A stretch of DNA of 64,000 nt from an uncultured virus (IMG/VR IMGVR_UViG_3300050010_000596) (lineage: Duplodnaviria; Heunggongvirae; Uroviricota; Caudoviricetes): the IMG/VR virus record IMGVR_UViG_3300050010_000596. One strand, written 5' to 3'. Below, in pieces: positions 38,879 to 48,211 of this stretch. The stretch's first letter is position 1. The number at the start of each line of letters is the position of its first letter. The position numbers and the translations under genes are program-made. The notes under the pieces are model-generated. The model made no database searches. It saw nothing but the letters and a program-made list of their open reading frames with translations, and was not told the DNA's origin.

Positions 38879-39116
38879 GAGGCTTGCTCCGGGTTCTGCG
38901 GAAGCCGAGCTGGGCCAGAGCTGCGTATAGCTCTTCCATGCTCTTGCTGCCAAAGTTGCTAACTTCTTCTTTGAGTTGCTGGGGAGTATGGTTCAGCAAC
39001 GCCCCAATGGTGAAGATTCCGGCCTTCTCCAAAGCGTTGATCGTACGCAACCCTACCGCCAGCTCCGAAACTGGGCTGGAGAGCTTCTCCAGCTGCATGG
39101 GCTTTGCTTCCGCCAT
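38682..39116 (-). CDS. stand-alone RNA polymerase alpha C-terminal domain-like protein
   Basis: PVSELAVGLRTINALEKAGIFTIGALL...L...SNFGSKSMEEL..AL..LG. Confidence 0.85.
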   Translation of the reverse strand: MAEAKPMQLEKLSSPVSELAVGLRTINALEKAGIFTIGALLNHTPQQLKEEVSNFGSKSMEELYAALAQLGFRRTRSKPHGKKQNKRRSVRRLQTEQRQRGGADQLLPSSPPPAAKKHQRPANHGAGDRRSGARHQSGRRKASD

Positions 39117-39136
39117 GTTCGCGTCCTTCCCTGGTA

Positions 39137-39150
39137 CTTAATCGTTTAAG
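39137..39150. promoter_or_regulatory. palindromic motif, variant copy 5
   Basis: CTTAATCGTTTAAG (1 mismatch). Confidence 0.5.
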
Positions 39151-40208
39151 GCATTCGTCACATCTTCGTCTTCGTCGTCGTTGGCCAATTCGGCCTCAAT
39201 TGCCGATTGCAACGACTCATGGTTCCGCTTCCGCTGCTGGCGGTTCCGCAACACGCCATAATAGGCCGACAGGTACGTGGCCGAACCGGCCTTGAGATGC
39301 CCATCTTCCTTGGTACCCGTACGGGCCTCGATCAAGGCCATGACATCGTCAATCGGTCCACACATCAACCCCACCGGATAGGCGCACGTAACGCCCACCG
39401 CCCCGGCAATTCGCTCACGGGTCGCCGTGAAGAACCGCCGCACCTGACGACTGGCTACCACCTGGGAATGTGTTCGCTCTTCCCTGGGACTCGGCTGACC
39501 TGGATCGACCATGGCCAATAGCCGCTGAGATCGCTTCCAGAAGTGAGTCCCCTCTGCCACCAGATAGACAGGCTCCAAGACGTCTAACACATAGGCCCCC
39601 ACGGCAGGCACTGCCTGCCGCAACAGCCGCTTATCCGCCTCGGGGTCTTGCAACACCCGCTGCACCGGCCAGGAATCCATTGGATACAGGAAAGTATCGA
39701 CCACGGTCAAGAGGTCGATGAAACGATACTGCTCGTGGATGTGATCCTGCAAGCCCGCCTGGAGCCAGGCAAGACGGTTGTGACCGTAGCAAGCACACTC
39801 CACAGCACAATACAATTCGCGGGCGTACGTTCGAGCCCAGCAGAAAGGACAGATCTTGTACTCGCGGCAACACCGCATCGACGTCCGATTGGTCGCCACG
39901 CCCACTGGCGGACAGTTCAGGGCATAGTACCAGGAATCCTGTTTGGCCAGACGGGACCAGCCATGACCACGCAGCAGGGCCATCCGGCCGCGCCACTGTT
40001 GTTGTACCAAAAGAGTTGCTTTGACGATGCCCTGACTAGGTCCAGACGTGACCAGGCCGTCGTTGTCTACATCGTCCACTACGGAAGCCCGCAGTTCAGC
40101 AGGATACAGCGCGGAAAGACAGTAGCGCTGAGCCTTTGCGCAACCATGCGCGTAGATCCGTGTGATCTTGAATTTCAGTGGTCGATTGTAGGGTGTTTTA
40201 CCGGCCAT
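39138..40208 (-). CDS. hypothetical protein resembling a degenerate Rep_1 (HUH) initiator
   Basis: C...CC....ICPFCWAR, LLTV, GAYV..VLEP, AYP, YYGVLR; no HUH. Confidence 0.4.
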   Translation of the reverse strand: MAGKTPYNRPLKFKITRIYAHGCAKAQRYCLSALYPAELRASVVDDVDNDGLVTSGPSQGIVKATLLVQQQWRGRMALLRGHGWSRLAKQDSWYYALNCPPVGVATNRTSMRCCREYKICPFCWARTYARELYCAVECACYGHNRLAWLQAGLQDHIHEQYRFIDLLTVVDTFLYPMDSWPVQRVLQDPEADKRLLRQAVPAVGAYVLDVLEPVYLVAEGTHFWKRSQRLLAMVDPGQPSPREERTHSQVVASRQVRRFFTATRERIAGAVGVTCAYPVGLMCGPIDDVMALIEARTGTKEDGHLKAGSATYLSAYYGVLRNRQQRKRNHESLQSAIEAELANDDEDEDVTNALND

Positions 40209-40369
40209 TTTCCTCTCGATCTGGTATTAAGCATAGCACAGAACATAATTTATACAATAGAGGCTTCCGTACAATGTCTGTAGCTAATTGGTTGTTACCA
40301 ACCCTATTAGTGGGCGAGAACCACTGCTTCGCAGTGGGGTTCTCTATGAGCTTCGCTCCCTACGGTCGC

Positions 40370-40795
40370 TCAGCTCTGAAGTTCTTTGCGCGCAGAACCA
40401 CCAACAGGCTGAGGTATACGAGGTTTCAGAGATGACAACCTGTAAATACCGCCCTGGTTGCACGCTGGACATATTTCTCCGATTCGCCTGTCGCTAACCT
40501 CCAGATAACAAACCCCACACCAATCACACTTCGCGGCTGTCGGGCGTACATCCCCAATTACCTCAAGAACCATGTCCGCCATGGCCCTGATCCCTGGTTC
40601 ACTGATCCCTGGAATCGGTCCCGTATTGAACTGGTCACTGAAGAGGTGCTGGGTCTCGACCTCCAGAGTCAGCCCACCGATCTTGCGGAGCAGCTCACGC
40701 CACTGTCTCTCTTGAGGAGAGTAACCCGCTTCGGTTGGAATACTCCGCGCGTGGGCCTGGAGAAGTTTCAGGCTGGTCTTCAACCTAATCTGCAT
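40370..40795 (-). CDS. hypothetical protein with Zn ribbon
   Basis: CDWCG...CPAC. Confidence 0.6.
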   Translation of the reverse strand: MQIRLKTSLKLLQAHARSIPTEAGYSPQERQWRELLRKIGGLTLEVETQHLFSDQFNTGPIPGISEPGIRAMADMVLEVIGDVRPTAAKCDWCGVCYLEVSDRRIGEICPACNQGGIYRLSSLKPRIPQPVGGSARKELQS

Positions 40796-41504
40796 CGAGC
40801 ATCTCCTGGTCTGGGGACTTCGCAGGTTGTGCCTGCTCGACCTCAGCGACGGCTTCAGTGGGCTGCCCCCTTCCACGGTCCTGGTTAAAGTTATAGGTGA
40901 CATCCTGGGGGCGGGTGGCGTAGAAACAGTCCGGCCAGCTGCACTTGCCGTCGCTCGTCAGCTCCGCCCCGCACGAGCGACAGTGCGGCACGGCCTGGGC
41001 CCGTCGTCGCTTGTCCGCTGCAATCACATCCGCCAGCGCGTATTCGACGTCGCAGTCAAGCCGCTTGACCAGGAGCAGGACGCTGTCCGCTAGGGTCTTG
41101 GCCCAGGCCTCGGAGCAATTAAGCTGCGCCACGATCCGCTCCCAGATCTCCGGCGACCTGTCGGTCGGCTGTGGCGACAGTTCAGGCATCTCGAACTCGA
41201 CGGGCTTGGGGTCAAGCCTACGCTTTTGGATGGTGATCAAGGCCTCGGGTTCGCCACGGCTGCCTTGGTAGGAATTCCAAACATCCATTGCCGCGTCGAT
41301 CTCGCCGTCATCGAGCAGTTGTGTGACCTCGGTGCGTGTCTCGTCCGTGCAGTGTACTCCGCAGGTGCTACCCAGCAGCCAGGTGCGAAGCTGGACGGCC
41401 GCGACCTTCCGGGCTTTCTTGCGACTGGAGAATATGTCCAGCTCCGGGTCGTCTCCGCTGTAATCGAGAACGAGCAGGTAGATCCTCTTGAGTTTCTTGG
41501 CCAT
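40785..41504 (-). CDS. hypothetical protein
   Basis: AAGGAGG RBS; 239 aa. Confidence 0.7.
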   Translation of the reverse strand: MAKKLKRIYLLVLDYSGDDPELDIFSSRKKARKVAAVQLRTWLLGSTCGVHCTDETRTEVTQLLDDGEIDAAMDVWNSYQGSRGEPEALITIQKRRLDPKPVEFEMPELSPQPTDRSPEIWERIVAQLNCSEAWAKTLADSVLLLVKRLDCDVEYALADVIAADKRRRAQAVPHCRSCGAELTSDGKCSWPDCFYATRPQDVTYNFNQDRGRGQPTEAVAEVEQAQPAKSPDQEMLDAD

Positions 41505-41538
41505 GGTGGCCTCCTTTGAGTTGGGGTTAGCGTTTGAG

Positions 41539-41861
41539 TTATTTCCGCTTCACAGAGTAGCTGTTCTGCTCGTCATCGTCATCGAAGGGGTCCACCTCGT
41601 CCTCGTCGTCGGGCGAGATGAAGTTGCTGCCGCCTACCAAGATGCCGATCTTGGCGTAGCACGCAGCTTGGAACTCTTTGACGTCGACCTTTAGCATCGA
41701 AGGACCCAGCTCGATCTTTTCGATGACCTCCGTCAGACCTCCTAAGCCAGGAAGCCATGGTTGACCTCCAGCCATAGATCCTTCTTGTCGTACCGCTCCT
41801 GTAACGCCGTAATCAGCTCCTCGACCGACTCCACAACCGAGACCGTCTTCTTACGCATCAT
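41539..41861 (-). CDS. hypothetical protein, frameshift near 41746
   Basis: MMRKKTV...NHGFL continues LGGLTEVIEK; AAGGAGG RBS. Confidence 0.55.
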
Positions 41862-41888
41862 GGCACCTCCTTCGGTGGGGTTAGTATG

Positions 41889-41920
41889 AAAAGGGCCGCC
41901 CAGCCTCATGCTGAGCGGCC
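41889..41920 (-). terminator. intrinsic terminator
   Basis: GGCCGCTCAGC-ATGAG-GCTGGGCGGCC-CTTTT on minus. Confidence 0.65.
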
Positions 41921-42237
41921 ATCCTGTTCAATCCTACGCGGCAAGCTGCTTCCCTGGCCGCCACACGTCGTGTAGGACCGTTCTCGTCGTGTCCTAGAGC
42001 CTGAAAAGCCCGAGCCCCTTAGACGCGAAGCTAGGGGCCTTTTGGGGCATGCCCAATTAAACAGCAAAACTTAGGGCTGCCCAGTGATTTTCTTGCGTAG
42101 CTTTCGTAACTTACCTAGCTTCGCAACCAACCAATTGAGCAGTCCAGTTGATACAATTTTCGCGGAGTTTGCAACTTAGGCAGACAGCGATGGGCTGATC
42201 ACACAGCCACGGCAACGGGATAGCATCTTCACGCGCA

Positions 42238-42795
42238 CTACCCAGTCGGATTGGTTTGATTTGTATCGGTAGCTCGGCTGGCCAGGGCCTTGTCGAAGCA
42301 GACCGTGCTGCCATTTTCCCGTTTGAAGTTGTTGTGTCCGGTCTCCTTGAAATGGATCTCGACTTCGTCCCAGCTTCGGCCAAGGAAGGTGCAGCCTTCG
42401 ACCTGGCAGCGGGCTTCGATCATTGTGTCGTCAGGTTCGTCCTCATCGTCGGCAGCCTGCTTGGGGTCGTACTCAGCTTCGTCGTCGCCGGGGATCGGTG
42501 GCGAGGGCTCGGTCATGTCGGCAACGTGCACGATCAGGACCGAGGCGGCTTGCAGTAGCTCTTCGATCATCTCTTCGATTGAGTTCCGCTTGTCTGCCAC
42601 CTTGGGGTCCAGCTCCAGTAGCTCCATGGCCTTGGCCAGTCGGCAGCGGACGATCCCGTAGGCCTCGTAGGTGCTGGTGGGGATGAATCCCTTCTTGATG
42701 TATGCCGCAGTCCGCAGGGTCACCTCGCGCAGGATGGCGAACAGCTGGGACTTGCGGATGCGGGGTTCAGTCGGTTCTTCTTGTTCTTCGGTCAT
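42238..42795 (-). CDS. hypothetical protein with C2H2-like finger
   Basis: CQVEGC...HFKETGH. Confidence 0.65.
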   Translation of the reverse strand: MTEEQEEPTEPRIRKSQLFAILREVTLRTAAYIKKGFIPTSTYEAYGIVRCRLAKAMELLELDPKVADKRNSIEEMIEELLQAASVLIVHVADMTEPSPPIPGDDEAEYDPKQAADDEDEPDDTMIEARCQVEGCTFLGRSWDEVEIHFKETGHNNFKRENGSTVCFDKALASRATDTNQTNPTG

Positions 42796-42798
42796 GGG

Positions 42799-43410
42799 TC
42801 ATTCTAAGGGGTTCAGGTGGTAGATGGTCTTTGCGTTGAGTTTTCGTAGGATCTTGCGCCGCTCGATGCGGGCCATTTTGATCGGGTCGTCGGGGTCGCT
42901 CTTTTGCCAGCGACGGCCGACGTTCGCCATGTCGTGGGCGAATTTGTTGAGGTTGATTGTATCGCGCGGGGCCCAACGGTATTCCACCTTCAGGCCTCGC
43001 CGTTCGTAGGCTCCTAGCAGGAACCACAGCTCTTCGTACTTGGAGCCCCGGCCCTTGCTGCCGCTGCCCCAGTTCTTCATCTGCTCGCAGTCGGTGATCA
43101 CGAACACGTTCAGGGTGCCCTTGATCTTCTCCTGGGCTAACAACGTGAGCGGATGGAGAAAGCCCATGAGTTCTGCAAACATATTTGAGCCACAGCTTCC
43201 CGAGCCGTTGCCGTCGATACGCCGCAGGGTGGGTCTCCGCTGAATCAGTGTCCAACCCCACCCTGCTTCTTTTCCCCAAGTTGTAGCGCTACCGTCGCAG
43301 ATGATTACGACGTCCCAGGTATCAGGAATGGCCAGTGCTCTGCATACGGTGTTGATGTTACGGTCGCCGCGTAGTCGGTCGGCAAGTGGGTCGTGCCTGC
43401 TCGTCTTCAT
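42799..43410 (-). CDS. rnhA: RNase HI-like protein
   Basis: ICDGS...AGWG, N.FAELMG, VITDC, W..R....N..AH.MA. Confidence 0.75.
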   Translation of the reverse strand: MKTSRHDPLADRLRGDRNINTVCRALAIPDTWDVVIICDGSATTWGKEAGWGWTLIQRRPTLRRIDGNGSGSCGSNMFAELMGFLHPLTLLAQEKIKGTLNVFVITDCEQMKNWGSGSKGRGSKYEELWFLLGAYERRGLKVEYRWAPRDTINLNKFAHDMANVGRRWQKSDPDDPIKMARIERRKILRKLNAKTIYHLNPLE

Positions 43411-43822
43411 GGAGCCTCCTGTGTTGTCGAAGATATTGAACGGCCGCAAGCAGCCGTTTGACGCTCTCGTCGAAGTAGCCGATGGCGAGATTGCACTTGG
43501 CGCATAACAGGCCACGCACTTGTCGCGTGCGGTGATTATGGTCTACGCACAAGCTGCGGGCATTGCCGTGTCCGCCGTCTGCCCCTTCACGACCGCAGAT
43601 AGCACAGCGACCTTCTTGCGCATCGTACAGTTGTCGATATTCCTCCGGGGTCAAGCCGTAGATCGCTTTGTGATTGTACTGCTTGATCTTGTGCGGATTC
43701 TTCTTCCGCCACATCTTGTTGTACTTCACCCTGCATTTGAGGCAACGGTGACTGGTTTCAAAAACCTGCATACCGTGGCAGTGGTGGCATTTGCCGACAC
43801 AAACGAGAGTGATAGAATCCAC
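43358..43822 (-). CDS. endonuclease VII-like (HNH) homing endonuclease, N-terminus supplied by insertion
   Basis: YGLT.EEY..L...QEGRCAIC, VDHNH.T.QVRGLLC.KCN.AIG. Confidence 0.88.
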   Translation of the reverse strand: MDSITLVCVGKCHHCHGMQVFETSHRCLKCRVKYNKMWRKKNPHKIKQYNHKAIYGLTPEEYRQLYDAQEGRCAICGREGADGGHGNARSLCVDHNHRTRQVRGLLCAKCNLAIGYFDESVKRLLAAVQYLRQHRRLHEDEQARPTCRPTTRRP

Positions 43823-44167
43823 GATGATCTCCTAGTCGATAATGTAGACGGACAACAACCCCTTGGTGTGTTTGGCAAGTCGCCCAGCGACCACGGGATT
43901 CACTGCTAAATGGTCGTGATCGCAAAGTTGATTGAGGGTGGCAGCGATAATTTCCGCCACGCAACGTTCCCCAATCTTTCCTGCCACTTCGGCCCCAGCC
44001 CCGTCTCGGTCGGCATACACGCTGAAAAATTCGGGAATATCTGGATCGTTTTCAACGGTGAAGGTATAACCCCTCAGTTTCTCCCGCAGTTCCCCTAAAT
44101 CTTTGACGTTCATGGTATCTCCTAGTAGGTGTCACTTGGCACGGGCACGGCAACGATGACTGGTTTC
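43741..44167. mobile_element. 408-bp insertion bounded by 19-bp direct repeats (43741-59, 44149-67)
   Basis: GGCAACGGTGACTGGTTTC vs GGCAACGATGACTGGTTTC. Confidence 0.65.
43832..44113 (-). CDS. hypothetical cargo protein within the insertion
   Basis: 93 aa; ACTAGGAGAT RBS. Confidence 0.65.
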   Translation of the reverse strand: MNVKDLGELREKLRGYTFTVENDPDIPEFFSVYADRDGAGAEVAGKIGERCVAEIIAATLNQLCDHDHLAVNPVVAGRLAKHTKGLLSVYIID

Positions 44168-44227
44168 GTTCTGGAACCAGGTCGCTGGACGCAGCTTCCC
44201 GCATTTACTACACTTCCTTTTGGCCAT
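44132..44227 (-). pseudogene. orphaned N-terminus of endonuclease VII gene
   Basis: MAKRKCSKCGKLRPATWFQNETSHRC; homologous to the start of the 61075 gene. Confidence 0.7.
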
Positions 44228-44255
44228 GATGGTCCTCCTGTGACCTGATTGGTTA

Positions 44256-44290
44256 GAACTGGCTACGAGATGAACTCTCGTAGCCAGTTC
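44256..44290. promoter_or_regulatory. perfect 15-bp hairpin, homologous to 61012-61046
   Basis: GAACTGGCTACGAGA-TGAAC-TCTCGTAGCCAGTTC. Confidence 0.75.
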
Positions 44291-44291
44291 G

Positions 44292-44729
44292 CTATTCTAT
44301 GGGCTTCATTACAGCCTGTCGAGCCGCTTTGTCTTCATCAGACGGCTCTGCAAATCGATGTAGTGGGTGTTCTTGCGTGCGTTGCTCAAAGGTCTTGCCT
44401 CCCTGGGCTTGAGCGGCCTGGGCATTGAGGGCAGCGGCACCAGCCGCTACCGCTTGGACCATGGCCTCGGTGGTAGCACGCAGCAGCCGCGAGGACTGTT
44501 CTGCCATGCCATTGATGATGTCGGTATCGTGGATGGTGATCTGATGGGCCCTGTTGTCCCACACGAAGGGCACAGCCCCTTCGTTGATCTTGCCGTGCCA
44601 GTCGAAGACTACGGCTACGCTACGGAGTTCGGGGATACGGGAGAAGGCCTCTTGCAAGGCAGCTCCGAAGAAGCCGAGGGCCTTCTGTTGGAAGGTCATC
44701 GGGGCGTGGGTCTCTTTCTTCTTGGTCAT
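44292..44729 (-). CDS. hypothetical protein
   Basis: PELRSVAVVFDW. Confidence 0.65.
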   Translation of the reverse strand: MTKKKETHAPMTFQQKALGFFGAALQEAFSRIPELRSVAVVFDWHGKINEGAVPFVWDNRAHQITIHDTDIINGMAEQSSRLLRATTEAMVQAVAAGAAALNAQAAQAQGGKTFEQRTQEHPLHRFAEPSDEDKAARQAVMKPIE

Positions 44730-45088
44730 CGGCCTACCCAGGCTTCCATGGCACGGATCATGCACTCCAAACTCAGCATCGCGATGCCGTAGAGTTTGAG
44801 ATCGCTGAGATCGACGTTGGTGTGCGTGGTGACGAGAATGGCCAAGGCAGCGCCGCCCCAGAAGCCGACTGTGGCGCACATAAGTGTCCCACGCCACCTC
44901 TTAGTGAACAGGCGGGGCACGAACCATCGCGGGGGCAGCTTGTCGAACAGCGGCTTCCAGTAGAGCAGACCGTCCATCTCTTCATATTCGGCGATGGAGA
45001 GATCGCGATCATCGTACTGCTTGCGTAGTTTGTAGTAGCGGGCGCGCATTCGCCGCAAGGCCTTCGACGGTGGAACGGGAACAACCAT
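44726..45088 (-). CDS. putative membrane protein
   Basis: Hydrophobic C-terminal segments. Confidence 0.6.
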   Translation of the reverse strand: MVVPVPPSKALRRMRARYYKLRKQYDDRDLSIAEYEEMDGLLYWKPLFDKLPPRWFVPRLFTKRWRGTLMCATVGFWGGAALAILVTTHTNVDLSDLKLYGIAMLSLECMIRAMEAWVGR

Positions 45089-45097
45089 GGAAAGCTC

Positions 45098-45111
45098 CTT
45101 AAAGGTTTAAG
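45098..45111. promoter_or_regulatory. palindromic motif, copy 6 (overlaps RBS)
   Basis: CTTAAAGGTTTAAG. Confidence 0.7.
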
Positions 45112-45171
45112 ACAACCAGTGCCCCCTGGCACGGGCCAGGCGGGCACTGGTAGGTGAGGTCACTCTGGAAC

Positions 45172-45555
45172 CTACGCCTGATCCGTCTCGTCGATCTCCA
45201 GCTCCTCGCCGCTGGGCGGGGAATGGCTGAAGGAATGGGTGAGGTCGTTCAGGAGCTGTGCCGCGCGGGTCAGGGCCAAGGACACCATCAGGAATCGTAT
45301 CCAGACAGGACCATAACACATTGCCGCAAGCGGGAACAGGGGTGCCCAGTGGGATAGGCAGAAGGGACAATTCGCGAGGGTGGCCGCCTTGCGGACCAAC
45401 AACGCAGGATGGTCCAGGTGCCCGTTAGCCCACCGACGCAACCACAGGAAAACGCTCCCGTGGCGCAGCGTCTCTACGATCTGCCAAGCAGCCATCAGAG
45501 AGACGACGAGTTTCAGAACGGTCAGGTGATACTCAAACATTTCCAGGTGTGACAC
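45172..45555 (-). CDS. DUF1360-like membrane protein
   Basis: SVF..LR...L.NCPFCLSHW plus TM segments. Confidence 0.6.
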   Translation of the reverse strand: MSHLEMFEYHLTVLKLVVSLMAAWQIVETLRHGSVFLWLRRWANGHLDHPALLVRKAATLANCPFCLSHWAPLFPLAAMCYGPVWIRFLMVSLALTRAAQLLNDLTHSFSHSPPSGEELEIDETDQA

Positions 45556-45561
45556 GAAGAC

Positions 45562-45726
45562 TTACCGCGTGATCTTGCCGACGAATACTGCCGACGTGGC
45601 AATTGCTGCCAGCAGCCCGAGGAGCGGGGCCACGCCCGCCATCGGAATCATCAACAAACCAGTGGCCACGACCGTACCGACCAAAACGGGACTGAGCTGG
45701 TCGGCCCCTCTTCGTGCGTCTTTCAT
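45562..45726 (-). CDS. small two-TM membrane protein (54 aa)
   Basis: MKDARR...VLVGTVVATGLLMIPMAGVAPLLGLLAAIATSAVFVGKITR; AGGAG RBS. Confidence 0.55.
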   Translation of the reverse strand: MKDARRGADQLSPVLVGTVVATGLLMIPMAGVAPLLGLLAAIATSAVFVGKITR

Positions 45727-45735
45727 AGGTCACTC

Positions 45736-46200
45736 CTAACTTTGTGCCGTCTCGACGGGATACGGCCATTCGTCGGTTCGACCGCGATCTGGGGGAGGCA
45801 TCCCGTTGAGATGTGCTTGCAGAGGAGGTAAGGGGAGGGGCGGTTGCAAAGGGATCTGGTTGATCTTGGAGGCTTCCAAGGCCAGCCGAGGTGCGGGGAG
45901 ACGATCCGCAGCGAGAAGGAAGTGCCGCTCCAAGAAGGACCGGCATCCGCCGCTACGGCCCACGATGATCGGCCTGGTATAGCCGGGCACCTGCCAACAG
46001 GGTACATCTTCGCTCTCGGCTGCTAACTCTTCCCAGCCGCGTGATGACAAATCGAACCACGCAGCTGGAGTGAAGTCGAACCAATTCCATTGACCTTGTG
46101 CCAGGCGGGTCCTGTGAGGCAGCGCCGCTTTGGGCGGCTGGTAGCCTTTGGACTCGGCCCACGCCAAGCTGTCGGCAAGCACAAATTGGTTTGCAGCCAT
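45736..46200 (-). CDS. hypothetical protein
   Basis: AGGAGG RBS. Confidence 0.6.
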   Translation of the reverse strand: MAANQFVLADSLAWAESKGYQPPKAALPHRTRLAQGQWNWFDFTPAAWFDLSSRGWEELAAESEDVPCWQVPGYTRPIIVGRSGGCRSFLERHFLLAADRLPAPRLALEASKINQIPLQPPLPLPPLQAHLNGMPPPDRGRTDEWPYPVETAQS

Positions 46201-46285
46201 CTCTGCTTCCTCCTATACTGTTGAACGGGCCTCCTGCCCAAACCCATCTTCAGGCGTCTTGCCTGAAGCATACCAGAAACAACTC

Positions 46286-48211
46286 ATGGCGGCCATTCGG
46301 CCGCAAACCATCGCAAGGAAGCGACCAATGGTCCGTGCCCTTATTCGACAGAAGTCCAAGGCAGGAAGCCTCAAATCAGCAGTCAAGCAGGGAATCGGCC
46401 AGGTTGCCCCGGCGACCGACGAGATGGCGGAAATGGTCCACCAGGCTCGTGAAGCTCTTTCAAGGACGAAGCTGCGGTCACTTGCACCACTGCTGCCCTT
46501 GCTACTCAATTTGAAGGGCGAACCCTTCACGCTCGACGACCATTTCGTATTCGAGCCCTTCTTCGCTACACACTGCCCCCGCAACATTGTCGAGAAGTGT
46601 GGCCGTCAGGTAGCAAAGAGCACCTCGGCGGCCGCGCAAGGCGTGATTCAATCGGCCTGCCTGAAGTTCTTCAACACCCTCTTCGTCACACCCCTGTATG
46701 AAGCGATCCGCCGCTTCAGCGGCAACTACGTACGCGGGTTTATCGAACAATCCCCGGTGAAGTCGCTGTTCGTGGACAGTGCTTGCTACAACAACGTCTT
46801 GCAGCGGAGCTTCATCACCCAGTCCACGATGCACTTCAGCTTCGCCTTCCTGGACTGCGACCGCACGCGGGGTCTTAACTGCGACAAGATTCACTACGAC
46901 GAATACCAGGACTTCGATCCCTCCTTTCCAGCGATTATCTGCGAGACCATGTCGGGCTCGAAGCTGGGCGGATTTCAGCAGTTCACGGGAACTCCCAAAA
47001 CGCACGATGGCCCGCTCGAAGGCGCGTGGCTTCGCTCTTCGCAAGCCGAATGGTGTATCAAGTGCCAGGCCTGCGGTCACTGGAACATTCCCTCCATCCA
47101 CCATGACTTGGAGAAGATGCTAGGCCCGTTGATCGTGAAGCGGAAGATCAGCGAAGAGTCGCCAGGCATCATCTGCGCCAAGTGTCAGCGGCCGATCTTC
47201 CCCCGCACCGGGCACTGGGTGCACGCCAACAAGGCGCTGCGCTACAAGTACGCGGGCTATCACATCCCGCAGATCATCATGCCCATGCACTATGCCGACC
47301 CTGAGAAGTGGGCGATCTTGCAAGGCAAGCGACAGGGCTTCGGCAACACCCCCATCAACGTCTTCTGGAACGAGGTGCTGGGGGAGTCTTACGATACCGG
47401 GGCCAAGCTGATCACCATCACCGACCTCAAGCGGGCAGGGACGCTGGGCCCCAATGGCGAGATCGCCCGCGTTCGCAAGGCTATCGAAGAGAACGACTAC
47501 ATCCACCAGGTGTTGGCAGTGGACTGGGGCGGCGGCGGTGAAGATGAGATCAGCTTTACCACGGTGGCCTTGGTGTGCATGCTGCCGGATGGCCGCATCC
47601 ATATACCTTTCGGCTGGCGGTCGCTCACCCCGCATGATCACAACCTGGAGGCGGAACGGATTCTCAAGCTGATGGTGGCCTTCAACTGTTCGCACATCGT
47701 GCACGACTTCAACGGGGCCGGTGATGTACGGGAAACGCTGATCGTCAACTCCGGGCTGGACTCCCGCCGGAGTATGCCGATCACCTACATCCGGGCGGCC
47801 AGCGGACCGATCATGCGCCGGATTCCTTACAATCCCCGCACCCAGCAACGTGAACACTACCGAGTAGACAAGAACCGCTCGCTTCAGCAACTGGCCCTGT
47901 TGATCAAATTCCGCTACATCCGCTTCTTCGAGTACGACTACAAGGGTGTCGAGCAGCCGGGTCTACTTCACGACTTCCTCTCGCTGGTGGAAGACCGAGT
48001 GGACAGCCGCACGGGGCTAGAGATCCAGACCGTGATCCAGAACAAGGTGATCGGGCCCGATGACTTTGCCCAGGCAGTGAACATGGGTGTCTGTGCCTTG
48101 TTCCACCGCGTGCAGCGTTGGCCCAACCTGTCGCAGATCACCAAGATGGAGGTCCCTGAATCGGTGACGCGGAAGATGCACCCCGTGGATGCCTCCTGGG
48201 GCGACGACTAG
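46286..48211 (+). CDS. terL: terminase large subunit (GpA-like)
   Basis: KCGRQVAKST, RTRG, YDEYQD, GTPK, Zn ribbon, NEVLGE, AVDWG, DDFAQA; start uncertain. Confidence 0.88.
   Translation: MAAIRPQTIARKRPMVRALIRQKSKAGSLKSAVKQGIGQVAPATDEMAEMVHQAREALSRTKLRSLAPLLPLLLNLKGEPFTLDDHFVFEPFFATHCPRNIVEKCGRQVAKSTSAAAQGVIQSACLKFFNTLFVTPLYEAIRRFSGNYVRGFIEQSPVKSLFVDSACYNNVLQRSFITQSTMHFSFAFLDCDRTRGLNCDKIHYDEYQDFDPSFPAIICETMSGSKLGGFQQFTGTPKTHDGPLEGAWLRSSQAEWCIKCQACGHWNIPSIHHDLEKMLGPLIVKRKISEESPGIICAKCQRPIFPRTGHWVHANKALRYKYAGYHIPQIIMPMHYADPEKWAILQGKRQGFGNTPINVFWNEVLGESYDTGAKLITITDLKRAGTLGPNGEIARVRKAIEENDYIHQVLAVDWGGGGEDEISFTTVALVCMLPDGRIHIPFGWRSLTPHDHNLEAERILKLMVAFNCSHIVHDFNGAGDVRETLIVNSGLDSRRSMPITYIRAASGPIMRRIPYNPRTQQREHYRVDKNRSLQQLALLIKFRYIRFFEYDYKGVEQPGLLHDFLSLVEDRVDSRTGLEIQTVIQNKVIGPDDFAQAVNMGVCALFHRVQRWPNLSQITKMEVPESVTRKMHPVDASWGDD

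Noticed and set aside
41880..42240. tRNA, tmRNA or RNase P gene
   Set aside because: No TTCGA T-loop/CCA cloverleaf, tag reading frame or RNase P consensus recognisable
45115..45163. GGY-rich stretch (GGCACGGGCCAGGCGGGCACTGGTAGGTGAGGT) as a Vipr-type array
   Set aside because: Spacing is irregular rather than 5-nt periodic, and it is the arm of a terminator-like hairpin (45115-45151)
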